From a virus (taxonomy: Duplodnaviria; Heunggongvirae; Uroviricota; Caudoviricetes): a stretch of DNA of 18,998 nucleotides. The notes beneath the pieces were generated by a model. It saw only the letters and a program-made list of their open reading frames with translations, ran no database searches and was not told the DNA's origin. Below are positions 18,435 to 18,998 of the stretch, one piece after another. Each line of letters begins with the position of its first letter. Position 1 is the first letter of the stretch. The stretch is taken from the IMG/VR virus record IMGVR_UViG_2850808358_000002. One strand, 5' to 3'. Position numbers and translations under genes: made by a program.

Positions 18435-18998
18435 GTGGAAATTAAAAAAATCATTAATCCCCGTTATACCGAAAGTGGCGCAGTAGACTGTGACGTTTTT
18501 TTTGACGACAGGGACCAGGCAGTCCCCTACACAGCCACCGCTGATGATGTCGCTCCGACGGGTCAGCAAATCTGGCAGGAACTGCAAAGCGGCAAATGGG
18601 GTGAGATAGCCCCATTCACTGTGACACCAGAAATGCTGGAAGCGGCCAGAGAGGCCAGACGTCAGGGAATTGAAGCATGGCGCACAGAACAGGAGGCGAA
18701 GCCGTTCACGTTTGAATGGAACGGTCGTATCTGGGATGCTGGCCCCAACTCACTGGGCCGCCTTTATCCGGTGGTAATGGCGGCGAAATCCGACATTGTA
18801 CGGGACGTGATGACGTGGGGTGATGCCGATAATCAGCAGGTGAAACTGTCGATGCCGGAACTGGAAGAACTGGCGGCAGCAATGGCTCAGGCACAGGTTG
18901 AGCGCAATGACGAGATTTATCGCCGTCAGCGGGAGCTGAAGGAAGAGCTGAATAGTCTGAAGGATTTGAATTCGGTTAGGAATTTTATCGTGGAATAA
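18435..18998 (+). CDS. Putative tail fibre assembly/chaperone-like protein
   Basis: Start proposed at GTG 18435 (GAGGAA 6 nt upstream, just after the stf stop); the six-frame ORF begins at 18381 inside stf. Assignment by position and loose resemblance only. Confidence 0.45.
   Translation: MEIKKIINPRYTESGAVDCDVFFDDRDQAVPYTATADDVAPTGQQIWQELQSGKWGEIAPFTVTPEMLEAAREARRQGIEAWRTEQEAKPFTFEWNGRIWDAGPNSLGRLYPVVMAAKSDIVRDVMTWGDADNQQVKLSMPELEELAAAMAQAQVERNDEIYRRQRELKEELNSLKDLNSVRNFIVE

Noticed and set aside
16590-18998. Possible invertible fibre segment (Mu G-segment or e14 P-region type)
   Set aside because: Both fibre/chaperone cassettes are on the plus strand and no invertase gene or flanking inverted crossover sites were seen.
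1-18998. CRISPR arrays, tRNA or rRNA genes
   Set aside because: No regularly spaced short direct repeats and no tRNA- or rRNA-like sequence recognised; all repeats found are IS copies or IS termini.

Overview
The window looks like an enterobacterial (Escherichia/Shigella-type) defective prophage that has been heavily colonised by insertion sequences. From left to right: (i) a phage tyrosine integrase on the minus strand whose 5' end is interrupted by an IS600 copy; (ii) a short AT-rich early/moron block on the minus strand (small ORFs plus an Rha-family regulator); (iii) a nest of IS elements (second IS600 in inverted orientation carrying a fused OrfAB transposase, a 31-bp IS66-like terminus, a frameshifted DedA/YqaA-like membrane protein gene, a 3'-truncated IS110-family copy, a third IS600, and the 3' two-thirds of an IS66-family transposase gene); (iv) a Mu-type baseplate module (hub, spike, gp46-like, frameshifted baseplate J, gpI-like) followed by a tail fibre gene that is split by a full-length IS110-family element and also carries an in-frame TGA, its chaperone, then a second lambda Stf-like fibre and chaperone. 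No head, packaging, replication or lysis genes, and no rRNA, tRNA or CRISPR array were recognised. All family assignments are from reading the translations against remembered protein families, not from database searches. I did not find a clear novel multi-gene system; the most notable items are the constitutively fused IS600 transposase, the IS110 5' non-coding regions (candidate bridge RNA), and the doubly disrupted tail fibre.
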